The position numbers and the translations under genes were made by a program. Positions 1 through 12,780 of a DNA stretch of 64,000 nucleotides are shown piece by piece. Source of the DNA: Piromyces finnis finn (lineage: Eukaryota > Fungi > Neocallimastigomycota); assembly GCA_002104945.1 (NCBI GenBank), contig MCFH01000006.1, positions 992,001 through 1,056,000 on the forward strand, in the 5' to 3' direction. Positions within the stretch are counted from its first letter, which is position 1; every line of letters begins with the position of its first letter. The notes under the pieces are model-generated. The model had not been told where the DNA came from. It worked only from the letters and a program-made list of their open reading frames with translations, and did not search any database.

Positions 1-2857
1 TACCAGAAAATTGAAGGAATGGAAGAAAATAAAGAAATTAAAATAAGTACTTCAATGGAATCTGTAAGTGAAACCAATAAAGAAAAAGAAAACAATAATG
101 ACATTTCAGGAAGTAACGACGGCAATATAAATAACTTTACCTTGGAAGAAAATAATTTAAAATATAATAATTTAAAATATAATAGTGCTGACGAAACTGA
201 AATTTGTGAAATTAAAGAAGTGAATATAAAGAGAAATGACGACAAGAAAAATAAAAATATAAACAGTAAAGACAATTCAAATATATCAAAGGATAATAAA
301 AGGAATAATAAATACCTGAATGCAAAAGGAAATGTTTATTTTATAGAAGAAAATTCAGACATTGTAAATAAAAATGAATTAATTGAAGAAGTATTAAAAA
401 TACCATCAGAAATGGAGATAAATGATTTAACTGGAGAAATTGACAATAATGATTTTTTAAATATCCTGAGTCCTGACATTGATTTAGGAACAAGAAAGAA
501 AATTGATTTTGAAAATATTGAGAGTGTCAAAAATAATATAAATAAAAATAATAGAAAAGAAATAGAAAATAATTATTCAAATGTAAAAGTAAATTATAAG
601 AATGAAGAATATTATAAGAAAAATTACATACCTATTAATGAGAATGAAATAAGAAGAAATTTGAATAAAGAAAATATCAATATTCCTGAAGAAAAGTCCA
701 AATTTAAAAATATTTCTGATGAAAAAGAAAGTAATTTAAATAATCAAAATAAAAAGGAATATAATTTGAGAAATTTAAAAAATAAAAATGAAATTAAAGA
801 TCCAATCAATAAAGATAAATCTAAGAAAAAATTTTTTGATAAGAAAAAGTTATTATCAAAACAAAATTTTTTGAATAAGAGAAATCTAAATAGAAAATTA
901 AAATCCAATAAAAATTTTAAATTAAATGAAAATCATCCACCAAAGGAAGAAAAATTCCCAAGAAAGCGGAAACTTGTTCCAAGTGAAGATGTCATAGAAG
1001 AAAAATTTAGTAAGCCACATGAACATGAACCAGAAAAGAAGAAAATTAAGGAAGTGGCGCTAACTATAGCACAAATCAAGGAGCCAAATTCCTATAATGA
1101 TATATTTAAAAGAAAAGATAAGGATAAGTGGATAAAAGCAATAGAAGCCGAATTGCTAAATATGAAAGAAAGAAAAGTGTTCAAAAGAATAGATGAAGTT
1201 CCAGAAGACGCCAATATTATTGATTCAAGATGGGTATTTAAGATAAAAAGGAATAGCACTGGTGAGATAGAAAAATACAAAGCTAGACTTGTAGCCAGAG
1301 GTTTTACACAAGAATATGGAGAAGACTACAATGAGACCTTTTCTCCTACTCTAAAACAAGACTCATTAAGAATCCTAATAGGAATAGCTGCAATTAATAA
1401 CTATAAAATCCATCAATTAGATGTTAAGGCCGCATATTTGTATGCAGATTTAAAGGAAGATATATATATGAAAGCACCTAAAGGAGATAAAATGTATAAA
1501 AAAGGATTATGGAAATTAAATAAAGCATTATATGGCTTAAAACAAGCAGCAAGAGAATGGAATAACAACATCAGCAATACTCTCATTGAACTAGGATTTC
1601 AGAAATTAGTTAGCGAACCATGCATATTTATAAAGACCAAAAACAATAAATTAGTATGTTTAGTTGGAATATATGTTGATGACATCCTAATAACTGGTAA
1701 AAAGGAAGAAATAGATAAAACTATTAAATTAATTAAAGAGAAATATGTTATCACGGATGTTGGTGATGCAAATTTCATCATAGGAATCAAAGTAGAAACG
1801 TTAAAAGATGGGTATTTGTTACATCAAGAAAGGTATTTAAAGGATATATTACACAAATTTGGTTTAGAAAACTGCAGAGGATCAAAGACAACTACACCAA
1901 TCAAGAATGATGAACAACTCAATCAGCCTTTTGACCCTACTACTTATAGAGCTGCAATAGGAAGTCTTTTATATTTAGCCATAGGTACTCGTCCAGATAT
2001 CTTATTTTCAGTAACCAAAGCATCTAGGTTCTCACAAAATCCTACTATCCAAAATTGGAAGAATGTATTACAAATATTCAAATATCTGAAAGAAAATCCT
2101 CATTATGGAATCCGTTTTGAAAGAAACTTAAATTTGAAGATTTTTGTAGATTCAGACTATGGGGGAGATGAAGAAACAAGAAAATCTACCACTGGATTTG
2201 TATTTTTATTGGGAAATGGACCAACAAGCTGGTACTCAAAACTGCAAAAATGTGTATCAACTTCAACCGCCGAAGCAGAATATTATGGACTTTGTGAATG
2301 CTCAAAGCAAGCTCTGTGGTATAGAAATATTTTTAGTGAATTAAAAATAAAGGAAGAATGCTTAAAAATCAATATTGATAATCAAGCAACTATTTACAAC
2401 GCAAATAATGAAACGATTAATCCAAAGTCAAAACATATTGATATTAAGTACCATAAAGTAAGAGAATTAATTAAAGAAAATAAAATCAGTCTAGAATATA
2501 TAAAATCAGAAGAAAATTTAGCAGATGGTTTTACTAAATACTTGAATAAAAATAAAATGAAAATATTTAGAGATAGTTTATTATATAAATACAAATAATG
2601 AATTTATAACTTTGGGGGAGTGTGAAAATAAAATACATTACAAAATAATATTTTATGTATTTTTTATGTATTTGTATTTTATAAAATTATAAATTAATAT
2701 TGTACTACATTTTTATTCTTTGGTTATTTTTTAATAAAAAGATTTTAAGAAAGTTACAATATTTATATTATAAAATAAATATAAATAAATAAAAGATTAT
2801 AAAAACCCAAATAGTTTTATAAATAAATTTAAGTGTAAACTAAATTTATCTGACACA
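1..2857 (+). mobile_element. Ty1/copia LTR retrotransposon, 3' half (starts before the window)
   Basis: Copia-type RT-RNase H ORF, then PPT tttgggggag (2611-2620), then TG-starting LTR at 2621. The LTR probably ends at ...tatctgacaca (2857), a loose inverted match to TGTGAAAATAAA; this end is tentative. Confidence 0.88.
19..2598 (+). CDS. Copia polyprotein, partial (N/K-rich linker, RT, RNase H)
   Basis: Motifs RWVFKIK, KYKARLVARGFTQ, QLDVKAAYL, LYGLKQAAREW, YVDD, FVDSDYGG, STAEAEY and SKHIDIKYH. The frame is open from base 1, so the Met at 19 is probably internal. Confidence 0.95.
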   Translation: MEENKEIKISTSMESVSETNKEKENNNDISGSNDGNINNFTLEENNLKYNNLKYNSADETEICEIKEVNIKRNDDKKNKNINSKDNSNISKDNKRNNKYLNAKGNVYFIEENSDIVNKNELIEEVLKIPSEMEINDLTGEIDNNDFLNILSPDIDLGTRKKIDFENIESVKNNINKNNRKEIENNYSNVKVNYKNEEYYKKNYIPINENEIRRNLNKENINIPEEKSKFKNISDEKESNLNNQNKKEYNLRNLKNKNEIKDPINKDKSKKKFFDKKKLLSKQNFLNKRNLNRKLKSNKNFKLNENHPPKEEKFPRKRKLVPSEDVIEEKFSKPHEHEPEKKKIKEVALTIAQIKEPNSYNDIFKRKDKDKWIKAIEAELLNMKERKVFKRIDEVPEDANIIDSRWVFKIKRNSTGEIEKYKARLVARGFTQEYGEDYNETFSPTLKQDSLRILIGIAAINNYKIHQLDVKAAYLYADLKEDIYMKAPKGDKMYKKGLWKLNKALYGLKQAAREWNNNISNTLIELGFQKLVSEPCIFIKTKNNKLVCLVGIYVDDILITGKKEEIDKTIKLIKEKYVITDVGDANFIIGIKVETLKDGYLLHQERYLKDILHKFGLENCRGSKTTTPIKNDEQLNQPFDPTTYRAAIGSLLYLAIGTRPDILFSVTKASRFSQNPTIQNWKNVLQIFKYLKENPHYGIRFERNLNLKIFVDSDYGGDEETRKSTTGFVFLLGNGPTSWYSKLQKCVSTSTAEAEYYGLCECSKQALWYRNIFSELKIKEECLKINIDNQATIYNANNETINPKSKHIDIKYHKVRELIKENKISLEYIKSEENLADGFTKYLNKNKMKIFRDSLLYKYK

Positions 2858-3071
2858 ATAATATTTATATATTTAAATAATACATAAAATAAAAATTATT
2901 TTTATTATAATTCTTCATATTTACTCTCATTTATTAATATGGAAAATATAGCAAATAATAAATATAAAAAGTAGAAATAAAAAAAATAAAATAAAATAAA
3001 TCTAATATTAATTAGATATATCCGTTTGAATATAATAATAAAGTTAACAACTCAAAGAAATAATTCCATCA

Positions 3072-3172
<101 letters not shown>

Positions 3173-3251
3173 TATTATTTTATATACTTGTAATTATTGA
3201 CATTCAAATTAATAATAATGATTTAAACGCCTATTCATTAATTAATTATAT

Positions 3252-3283
<32 letters not shown>

Positions 3284-3315
3284 AGTACAAATAAATATTT
3301 CTTTATTTTTTCAGT

Positions 3316-5011
3316 TTATGGACGTTGCTTAATTTTAAGCCAATCGTAAACAAGACGTTCTGCTAATATTCTTGACCAATTTTCACCGATCACAAATGCA
3401 TGAGGAATTCCTGTTTCATCTAAATGTAAATTATTATATTTAGTATATTCTGGTAACTTTTCTTTTAGTATTTCATAATGATCTTTAGTAGCCCATCCAT
3501 CATTTATACTATAAAAGAAGAAAAATTCATTCATGTGTTCATTAATAAAATCTACATGATCTTCAATTGATTTAATATCTTCACGTTCATATTTAGTTAA
3601 ATAAATAACATTATTTAATGCTTGAGAAGTATATTACAAAATTATAAATATATATATATATATATATTAAAATTAAAAATAATAAAATAATATTTAAAGT
3701 TTCTTTCCAAAATATACTATTAATAATAATAATAATATTTAATAAAAGGATATCTTAAAAGCTCGGCAGTAACTTCGCTTTCACCTTCACTTTGTTTTAC
3801 AACAGTTTTAACAAATGATTTTTTAAATGAAGTTGGTAGAAAATCAAGACCTTTTGTTATTATAGAGGCCATTTTTCTTTCAAAATCATGTTTTATAAAT
3901 CTAAAAGTGGAAATACCTCTTGGAGTTTTTTCAATCTCATGAATTGCTGGGAAAAGTAAAAATGATTTTGTAATTCCAGAATTTGGACGTTCTTCAAATA
4001 ACTATTTAATGTATAAAAATAGAAGTAATAAAATTATATGATGTATAATTAAATAAAATGAAATTTAAATAATTAATTTTTATAAAGTTGCTTGAAATTA
4101 TATTTACGTAATATAATATTAATTAAAACATAAAACATATATTTGATATAGCATTAAAAGAAATATATATTCATTAATATTACTCTTAGAACCATATAGG
4201 CACCAAGCGAATGGCCAATTAAATAAAATTTTGTATTTGGATGAGAATATTCCGGTTTTGCTTTTAATTTATCAAAGAATGCAATTTTTGATTCTATTTG
4301 TTGTTGATTTGAAAATAAAACATTATTACCTTCAAGTTTTCTATCAGTATGACCCATATGTTCAACTTTAGATTTATTGATTAATTATTTCAATTTATTA
4401 ATGTATTAAATAATAATATTTAGAGTATTATTGAAATTTATAAATTTTTGAATTTAAATTATAATAAAAATAAATAATAAGCAGATTTTAATAATATAAA
4501 TATAATTTAATATTTAATATTTTGTTTCAACCTTTAAATGTATAAAATAATGATAAATGTATTCTTACTTCCATAAATATCAATTTGTTTATCCCAAACA
4601 TCATATATTTGACCCATAAAACGACGATAATAATTTATAACACCAGGACTTCCTGTTTAATATTTTTTATTTATTATTTAAAAAAAAATACATAATTTTG
4701 AGATTCTCCATAAAATAATAATAAGTATTTTTAAAATAACACAAATTATTATTATATATCAATATATAAATTATTAATTTTTATAAAGCTCTATTGGATA
4801 TTTGAATAACAAAGAAACAAAGAAAATAAAAAAAATAGAAAATTGTATTACCTGGTACAATAATCACAACAGTCCTTGGTGAATCTTTTGGTATTTCTTT
4901 TGCTTTTATATAGAGAATCTTTGTTGAAGTACCATTTAAATCTAATATTTCTTCTTCACTATCAGTATAATCTAATTTTTTTTCATTTGATTCAGTCTTT
5001 TTTTCAGTCAT
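3316..5011 (-). CDS. LDAH: Lipid droplet-associated serine hydrolase (LDAH/DUF2305-like), multi-exon
   Basis: Manual splicing joins exon 5011-4852 (..VVIIVP-G) to an exon at about 4653-4570 (GSPGVINYYRRF). Later exons carry GHSLG and end YSINDGW...GIPHAFVI, stop at 3316. GT-AG boundaries were checked for the first introns only. Confidence 0.8.
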
Positions 5012-5849
5012 TTTCTATCAAAATATAAATACAATATATTAAAAGAAAAAGAAATAGTATAATACTACTCACTTTTAATCTTTTGGATTTAAATTTATTG
5101 GGTTAGGATACATTATATACTTTAACCCTTAAATTAATAACATTTATATGTAAATTTTTAAAAGAATACTATTAATATTTCTTATTCTATTTATTATTAT
5201 TGCTTTAAATATATCAGTTTAATCAATAATAATTTAAAAGTTTAAAAGTTAAGAAAAAACTAAGAACCTTTTAGACATTAATTTTATATCGTAACATGAT
5301 ATTATTATGTTTTTCAGTTAATGCTCATTTTTTTTTTTTTTAATATATAGTACTATAGAAAACTTTACAACAAAGTAAGCAATAATCAAAATAGAAGTTA
5401 ATAAATATAAAAAAAACTACTTTATTTAAAATATTTATAAAAAATATAGAAATTTCTTTCCATAATAAACATTTTTTTTTTTTTTTTTTTTTATAATTTG
5501 TAAATACCATTGGTAATATTAATATAATTAAACTATTATATAATTTCAAATGCTTGAATATAAAAATATATTAACATAAAAACTAATGTTAAAAAAATAA
5601 TAAATTATAATGAATGAATTTTATTTTAAAATGTTTTTTTAATTTTTTAATTTTTTATTTTTTTGAAAAGATTAAAAAACTAACATATTTTATTTTTTAA
5701 TATTAACTAAAAAATTTATATATTTATTTATACATTTTTAATTTATTTTTAATCTTATTATTCTTTAAATTATTAAATTTATTTTAATTTTGATATTAGC
5801 TTTTTTTTTTTTTAATATTACATTTATTATTAGTATTATTATTTAATAT

Positions 5850-5896
<47 letters not shown>

Positions 5897-6121
5897 AAAT
5901 TTCATATTTAATAAAAATCTATTTAATATTTTTGTTAAGAAAAAAAAAAAAAAAAAAAAGGGAAAAAGAAAATAATAATTTAATAATTAATTTATTAATA
6001 GTTCCTTCTAGAAAAACTAGAGAAAGAGAAATTAAATTATAAGAGTAATTAAATATTATTTAAAAAGGTTTATAAAATTATAATTTAAATTTATTTAATC
6101 ATAATCTTAAATATTATAATA

Positions 6122-8214
6122 TTATTTCGTTTTATTGTCCTTCATTCCCCCATACTCCGTTTTCACCTTGTGTTTCTACTGGCTGTGTCCATTGTTGTGC
6201 TTGATTCATATTCATAGCTTGATTATTTGTATTTATTGTTTGTTCACTTTCAGTATTTTGTTCGTCACTTTTAGATGAACCGAATATTTTTTTGATAATA
6301 GAAATAAAGTTAATAATATATGGTGATGCTAAGAATAAACCAATGGCAATAATAACAAATATGATACAAGTAATTATCCATAATTTCTATAATTTAAAAC
6401 AATTAGTAAATGTATATGCCTAATATCCTAATATATATTTAAATAATTAAATATGAATTTAGAATGTAGTTTTAATTATTTACTTTTCTACTACTCTTTC
6501 GAATTTCTATAGCTTTAGTTAATTCTTTTGATGCTTCTTCAACATTATATTCAGCTGTATCAACATTTTCTTCAATAATATTAATTGTTTCATTTTGGGT
6601 TACTAACATATTATTCATATCTTGGAAAAGGTCACATAATTCCTAAAATAATAACACAATAATAACAATAATAACGACATAAATATTAAATAAATTTAAT
6701 ATAAATTTATTAATAATGCTTAAGACAATAATTATAAATATGTTTACATTGATAGATTGATTGATTTGTTCCATTTGATTTTGTCTTTGTTGTGCTTCAT
6801 CGAATGCAGCTTTTGAACCGCTTAACATAGAATACTTATTATAATAATTATAATAAAAGTTATTAGTAAAATAATAAATAAAAACTAATTTCAATTAAGC
6901 AATAAAACATTTAATTGTTATTTACTTGTAATGAGCCACCTGGATGACTATCAACATATCTCTCTGCTTCTTCTTGAGTAGCATTTTTATGAACTATTTT
7001 TATTAAAAATTATTAATATATTAAAGAAAAACTTTTTTTTACAAATTTATTTTTTATAAACTTACTAATTTGATATTGTCTTATCATTTTATTTCTTCCT
7101 TGTTCAGTATAATTTATTCTTTTTTCATTATATAAATCAAAAACCTTTTTAAGATTATTTGAAGTATTATTAACCTGACTTATTACCATTCTTTTATCTC
7201 TTGGATTCGATATTCTTTCGGCTTCTGCCTTTATACCTTTTTTTTTATTAATAAAATTTTTTAATTTAATAATAATTAATTTTATTTTTTATAAATTCCA
7301 ATAAATAGTACCTTTTAATTGATTTGTTATTGTTTGAATTTCAGCTGTAATTCGTTCTTCCAATTCTGTAATTCTTCTAGTATTTTCAGCGTTTTCAGCT
7401 CTTCTTACTTCGCTATAATTTCTATTATATAATAAATCAAGTCTATCAACATAATTCCTAAGTGATTTTATATCTTGATTTAAATTATTTATCTTTTATA
7501 TATTTTATTTTTAAATTTTAAAATTTTATATTAACATATATAAATTCAATTTTAGTATATATAATTCAAAAGATTTTTATAATTTCTTATAATTACCTTT
7601 CCTGAGTATTGACTAGCAACATCTGCTCCTCCACCATTTCTAGAATATCCTGGACTTTCTGGAGGTGAATTGTATCCATATTGATTATTTCTTGAATTAT
7701 ATGAATCACCATTGTTGCGTGATTGATTATTTCTTGAATTGTATGAATCACCACCATTGTTACGTGATTGATTATTTCTTGAGTTATACGATTCACTATT
7801 GTTACGTGAGCCATAGGAATTTCCACCGTTATTACGTGAGCCATATGAACCTCCACCATTATTACGTGAACTATATGAGCCGTCATAATTTGAACGGCCT
7901 CCCCCATAATTACGATTATATTGATTATCATTTATTTGGTTATAACCTTGATTACCACCCTATCATAAAAAATTAAATACAATATTTATTAAGATATTAT
8001 TTATACTGAGCTATTTATCTTTGAAATTCCAATGTTATGTAAATATTTATTTTTTTATTTTTTTTTTATTTTTTATTATATTTATATATTTTAATATTTG
8101 AATATTATGTTTTTTTTTTTGTTCTTAAAGTAATTAATTTCAACAATTAAGCAATAACATTAATAACATTAATATTATTATTACCCTTAATTCTGTTAAA
8201 CGATCTCTATACAT
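6122..8214 (-). CDS. Syntaxin (Sso1-like Qa-SNARE), multi-exon
   Basis: Exon 8214-8185 encodes MYRDRLTELR (syntaxin N-peptide) and splices in phase to 7959. Later exons give Habc helices, the SNARE motif ELCDLFQDMNNMLVTQNETINIIEENV..AEYNVEEASKELTKA, and TM KLWIITCIIFVIIAIGLFLA. Stop at 6122-6124. Confidence 0.85.
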
Positions 8215-9936
8215 TTTAATATTTTATTGTATTTTTTCTCTTTTTTTTAAGTTTATATATTTTGTTTTAGATTTAATATTCTTTCAACTATTTCTTTGTT
8301 AAAGATTAAAAATTATATTTTCCTCGTATTCGAGAAAACAATAAGGAATAAGGAATATAATATAAATATTCTTTGTTTTTATAAAAATCCTGTTTACAAG
8401 TAAGAAAAAAAAATATGTAATAATTTTTCATTTATAAATTAATATATATTATAATAAATATTTTTAATGTTAATTATTTTTAAAATACATTTTGGTCATA
8501 CTTTTTTAATTATTATTTTGATAATTTATACATGTATTGTTTTGTTTTCTTATTTTTTTTTTAAAGTTGATTAAACATTATTCTTTTATTTGATAATTGT
8601 AAGATTTTATTTTACAATACTAATTTTACTTCTAAAAATTCTATTATAAGAATTTTTTATTTTATAAAAAAAGAAATAATTAAAAATGTTTATAATAAAT
8701 AAAAAAAAAACAATATTATTTAATTATGACAAATATATCATTAAACTTTTTTTTGTACAACCAATACTAATTAAAAATATTTAATAAACTTTTTTTTTAT
8801 AATCAAGAACAGTTGATAATTAGTGAATTCTAATTTATACAAAACAGATAATTCCAATTAAAATTAGATTTAATAATTTTAATAATAACCCATAAATTTT
8901 TTTATTATATATTATTAATATACATTAGAAAATTAGTAACAAAGTATATTCGTTTCTGTTTTGTTATAATTAGTATATTATTTTTATTATTAATCTTGAA
9001 ATTAATCTTTCTTAAATAAATATTTATTGTTTTAATAAAACATAAAAAGATATAGAAATTTAATATATTAAAAAAAATCCTTTAATTAATCAGCAATGCA
9101 TAATTATAAGTAATAAAGTTTTAATAAATTAAATTGTAATAAATGACATTACACTAATATATATTAAATTATAAAAGAATTTAAATAAACGGTAGTCTAT
9201 TTTCTAAATGAGATTAAATTATTCAATAATTGTATAATATATTCAATTATATAAAAATATATAATTAGCTTATATATTTTTTGTATTTAAAATATATTGT
9301 TTATTTTCATATTAAATAAAATTCTATATATGTGATTTGTTCATTAAATATATAATAAATTAAAATTGAATTTATTAATAAATAAGTTAATTGTACCTTA
9401 AAAAATTTATTTAGAAAAGGCAACAACATTCTATTATTACTCTTAAGAAATGTTAAAAAAATATAATTGAATTGGAAAGTGGTTATATATTTAAAAAAAA
9501 GAAAAAATTAAGTAGTAAAATAATACTAAAGTTATTAACAATTTTATGTATAAATAAAAACTTTATTATATATTAAAAAAAGAAAAAAAAAAAAACTATT
9601 TGTTACTAATTATGATAATATCACATGATATCATTAAATATTTATGTAGTAATACTTTATTAGGTATTAATGATAAAATATAAATATCATCAGTTATTCT
9701 TAATAAATGTATAGAAGTTATTCATTTTTATTTGTGATTAAATGTTTATAAATTTATATAAAATAATTTTAATAACCTTTAACAATTAGAAAAACAATCA
9801 TTTAATAAATGAAATGGGTACATGCATATGTTACTTTTTTTTTATGTGTAAAAATGTTTGAATTATCTTTAAAAATAATGGGAAAATTCAAATTTTTAAC
9901 ATTTTAGGATAATTTGAATTTCTTTTTATTTTTAAT

Positions 9937-10889
9937 TTAATCTAAAAAACCTAGATGATCTAATAAACCTACAGAACAACGAGTAACTTGGTCAAAACAA
10001 TGCGAAAATTCTAATAATTTAAAAATATAGTAAAGGAATTGATATTAAATTTTCTTTAACCAAAATTTAATTTTGATATTAATATAATACAAACCATTAA
10101 TTCCTTTAGAAAAATAAGGATCTCTAATGACAGTTTCTTCGTCTGGATCATATTCACCAAATAATTGAACTATTTTATTATTATTATTAATTGAAAAATT
10201 AATATTAAAAAAATATAAAAAATGTAAAAATATAAAGATATTGTTATTTTTATTTATTAATTACTTTGTGCTTTTGGTCTTGGTGGTGCTATTCTTAATA
10301 AATTGTCCAAATTTTTATAATCCATACAGAGAATATAATCAAATCTAGAGTAATCTTCCTTAAGAATCTAATGTTTTATTATTGAAATATTAGGGATAAA
10401 GCATTTTATTATAATCTTTTATTAAATTATATTATATTTAAATTAAAGTTAACATACTCTTCTAGCTCTATGATTTATTGGAACTTTATTATTTTTACAA
10501 ACTGTACGAGTACGACTATCTGGTACCCTTCCTGTGTGATAACCACCTGTACCGCAACTATCTATTATAAATTTGTCACTCAAATTACGTTTAGCAACTT
10601 CATGAGCAAAAACCGCTTCTGCCATTGGTGAACGACAAATATTTCCTAAGCAAACAAAAAGAACAGCAATCTTTTTCTTATCATCATTATTTAAATTATT
10701 ATTGTTATTGTTGGTGTAGGTATTATTACTATAATTACTGTAATTATTACTACTATTTTTATAAGTAGAATTTTTTTTAAATTTACTATTATTTCTATTA
10801 TTGTTATTATTATTGTTATTATTATTATTATTATTATTTCTATTATTATTTCTATTATAATTTCTATTATTTCTGTTATTACTATTCAT
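9937..10889 (-). CDS. LTP1: Low-molecular-weight protein tyrosine phosphatase with Asn-rich N-terminus, multi-exon
   Basis: P-loop VCLGNICRSPMAEAV; spliced exons give FDYILCMD and IRDPY. Likely start is the Met at 10889, not 11030. Stop at 9937-9939. Confidence 0.9.
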
Positions 10890-12780
10890 TGTGAGGGTAA
10901 ATATAAATAAAATGGATAAAAATATTTTAAAACAAATTTTACAAAAATATGAAATTTCAAGTAATAAAAGGCATATATATATTAAAGAAATATTTGTGTT
11001 ATATGAATATATGAATAATTTTATTAACATATAATCAAATATATTAATTCAATAAATATAAATATAATTAACTTTAATTAATATAAAAAATTAATATTTT
11101 ATTAAATATGTGAAATGTGGTGTAGTTATAGGTTACCAACCCACAATAAATTGAAATTGATGTTAAGAAGGTTACTAACCCACAATTATAGTAAGTTAAA
11201 ATAAATATAATAAAAATAACAATAAAAAACTCAAAATATTATTATTTTTTAATCTACTTTTTGAATAAACATAGTATATACATTTCAACTAATAGTTATT
11301 TCTTCAATGTAAAAAGAATTCAAAATGTATTACTAATGTAATTATTAATGTATTTACATTTTATAATTATTATTAAACTATTAGTAATTGAATTAAACAT
11401 AATAAATGGATGAATTAAAGAATAAGTAGCATTAAAAATGACTTTTTGTTTTAACAATCTGGTTATAGAATATATAATAGCAATAAAACTATTTATATAT
11501 TGTAGAGAAGAGAAAATAATATAGTATAATAATAAAATTTTATATGAAGAGCCATCAAAAAAAGTATAATTTTTATTATTAAGTATTAAGGTTTATATAT
11601 AAATTCTCAAAATCTATTGGAGTAAAACTGGAGGAAAGATACTAATACACTATTATTTAAAGTAATATAGTTATATGTAGTATACAGAAGGAAGAAACTT
11701 CTAATTGTTTTTATTTCTTTTTGAATTAGTATTTGATTTTGTATTAGAACTCATTTTTTTTTATCTTCTTATTATTTGATATAGATATTAGATATTTTAA
11801 TACTCAGATTTTTTTTTTTTTTTTTTTTTTTAAATTTTGTATTGTTTGAAAAACAATCAATATGAAAATCATAAAATAATTCATGCTAGAAAGATTTTGT
11901 AGAAGAAATTTGAAACATTTTATTCTGTATTTTATTAATGCATTTTAAAATTTTTTTTTAATATATATTCTAATTTCAGTAACTTTATAGTTCAAGAGTA
12001 ATGAAATATTAATATAGATTTAATAAAATATGATAATGCATATTTTATATTTAAATAATGTATCTGAACATTAATACAAATTAATTTTTTAAATTTGGTT
12101 TAGATACTTAAAATATAAACAATTCTTTTGATACATTATTATTTTAAAAGTATTTAAAGACCTATTTTGAAATTATAATTTTCAATGTACTTTTTAACTG
12201 AAGATTATTTATTCATGATCTTTTTTTTTTATATTTGATAGTAAAAAATATTTTTTATTTTAATTTTTTTTTTTTTTAGCAAGTATATAATAAGTATATT
12301 AGATATTTGATAAAAAAAATAAGGACATATATAAAAATAGAAAATACCACTATTACATTTGAGAATACTAATTATATTTGACTTATAATGTGAACAAAAG
12401 TTTGGATAAAGTTTTGTTTGGGTACTTGATGTTGATATATCCCAATATTTGGCTTTTTTTTTATTTTTTTTTTATTTTTTTTTTTTTTTATTTTTATTCA
12501 ATAACATTATACGTATTTATAATTTTTTTTTCTTTTTTTTTTTAATGGCATCAAATATTTTTAAACCTTATTATTAATTAAATTAAAATTATAATACATG
12601 TAATAAAAAAAATTAAAAATAAAAATGAAAAAAAAAAATATGTTTAAATAAACACAAATGAATAAAAATTGGGTATAATGTATTCTAGTAATTTTAATTA
12701 AAGTAAGAAAGCCACTATTATACTAAAATATAATTGTATTTGACTTCCAATGCGACACCGAGCCAAAGATCAAAATTTTG

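Noticed and set aside
1-2857. The copia element as the autonomous helper of the lysozyme element
   Set aside because: The PPTs are similar but the LTR sequences are unrelated by eye; its PBS lies outside the window.
5340-5549. Short AT-rich ORFs (also 36281, 37096, 54742, 57718, 61636)
   Set aside because: Translations of homopolymers or microsatellites with no coding signal.
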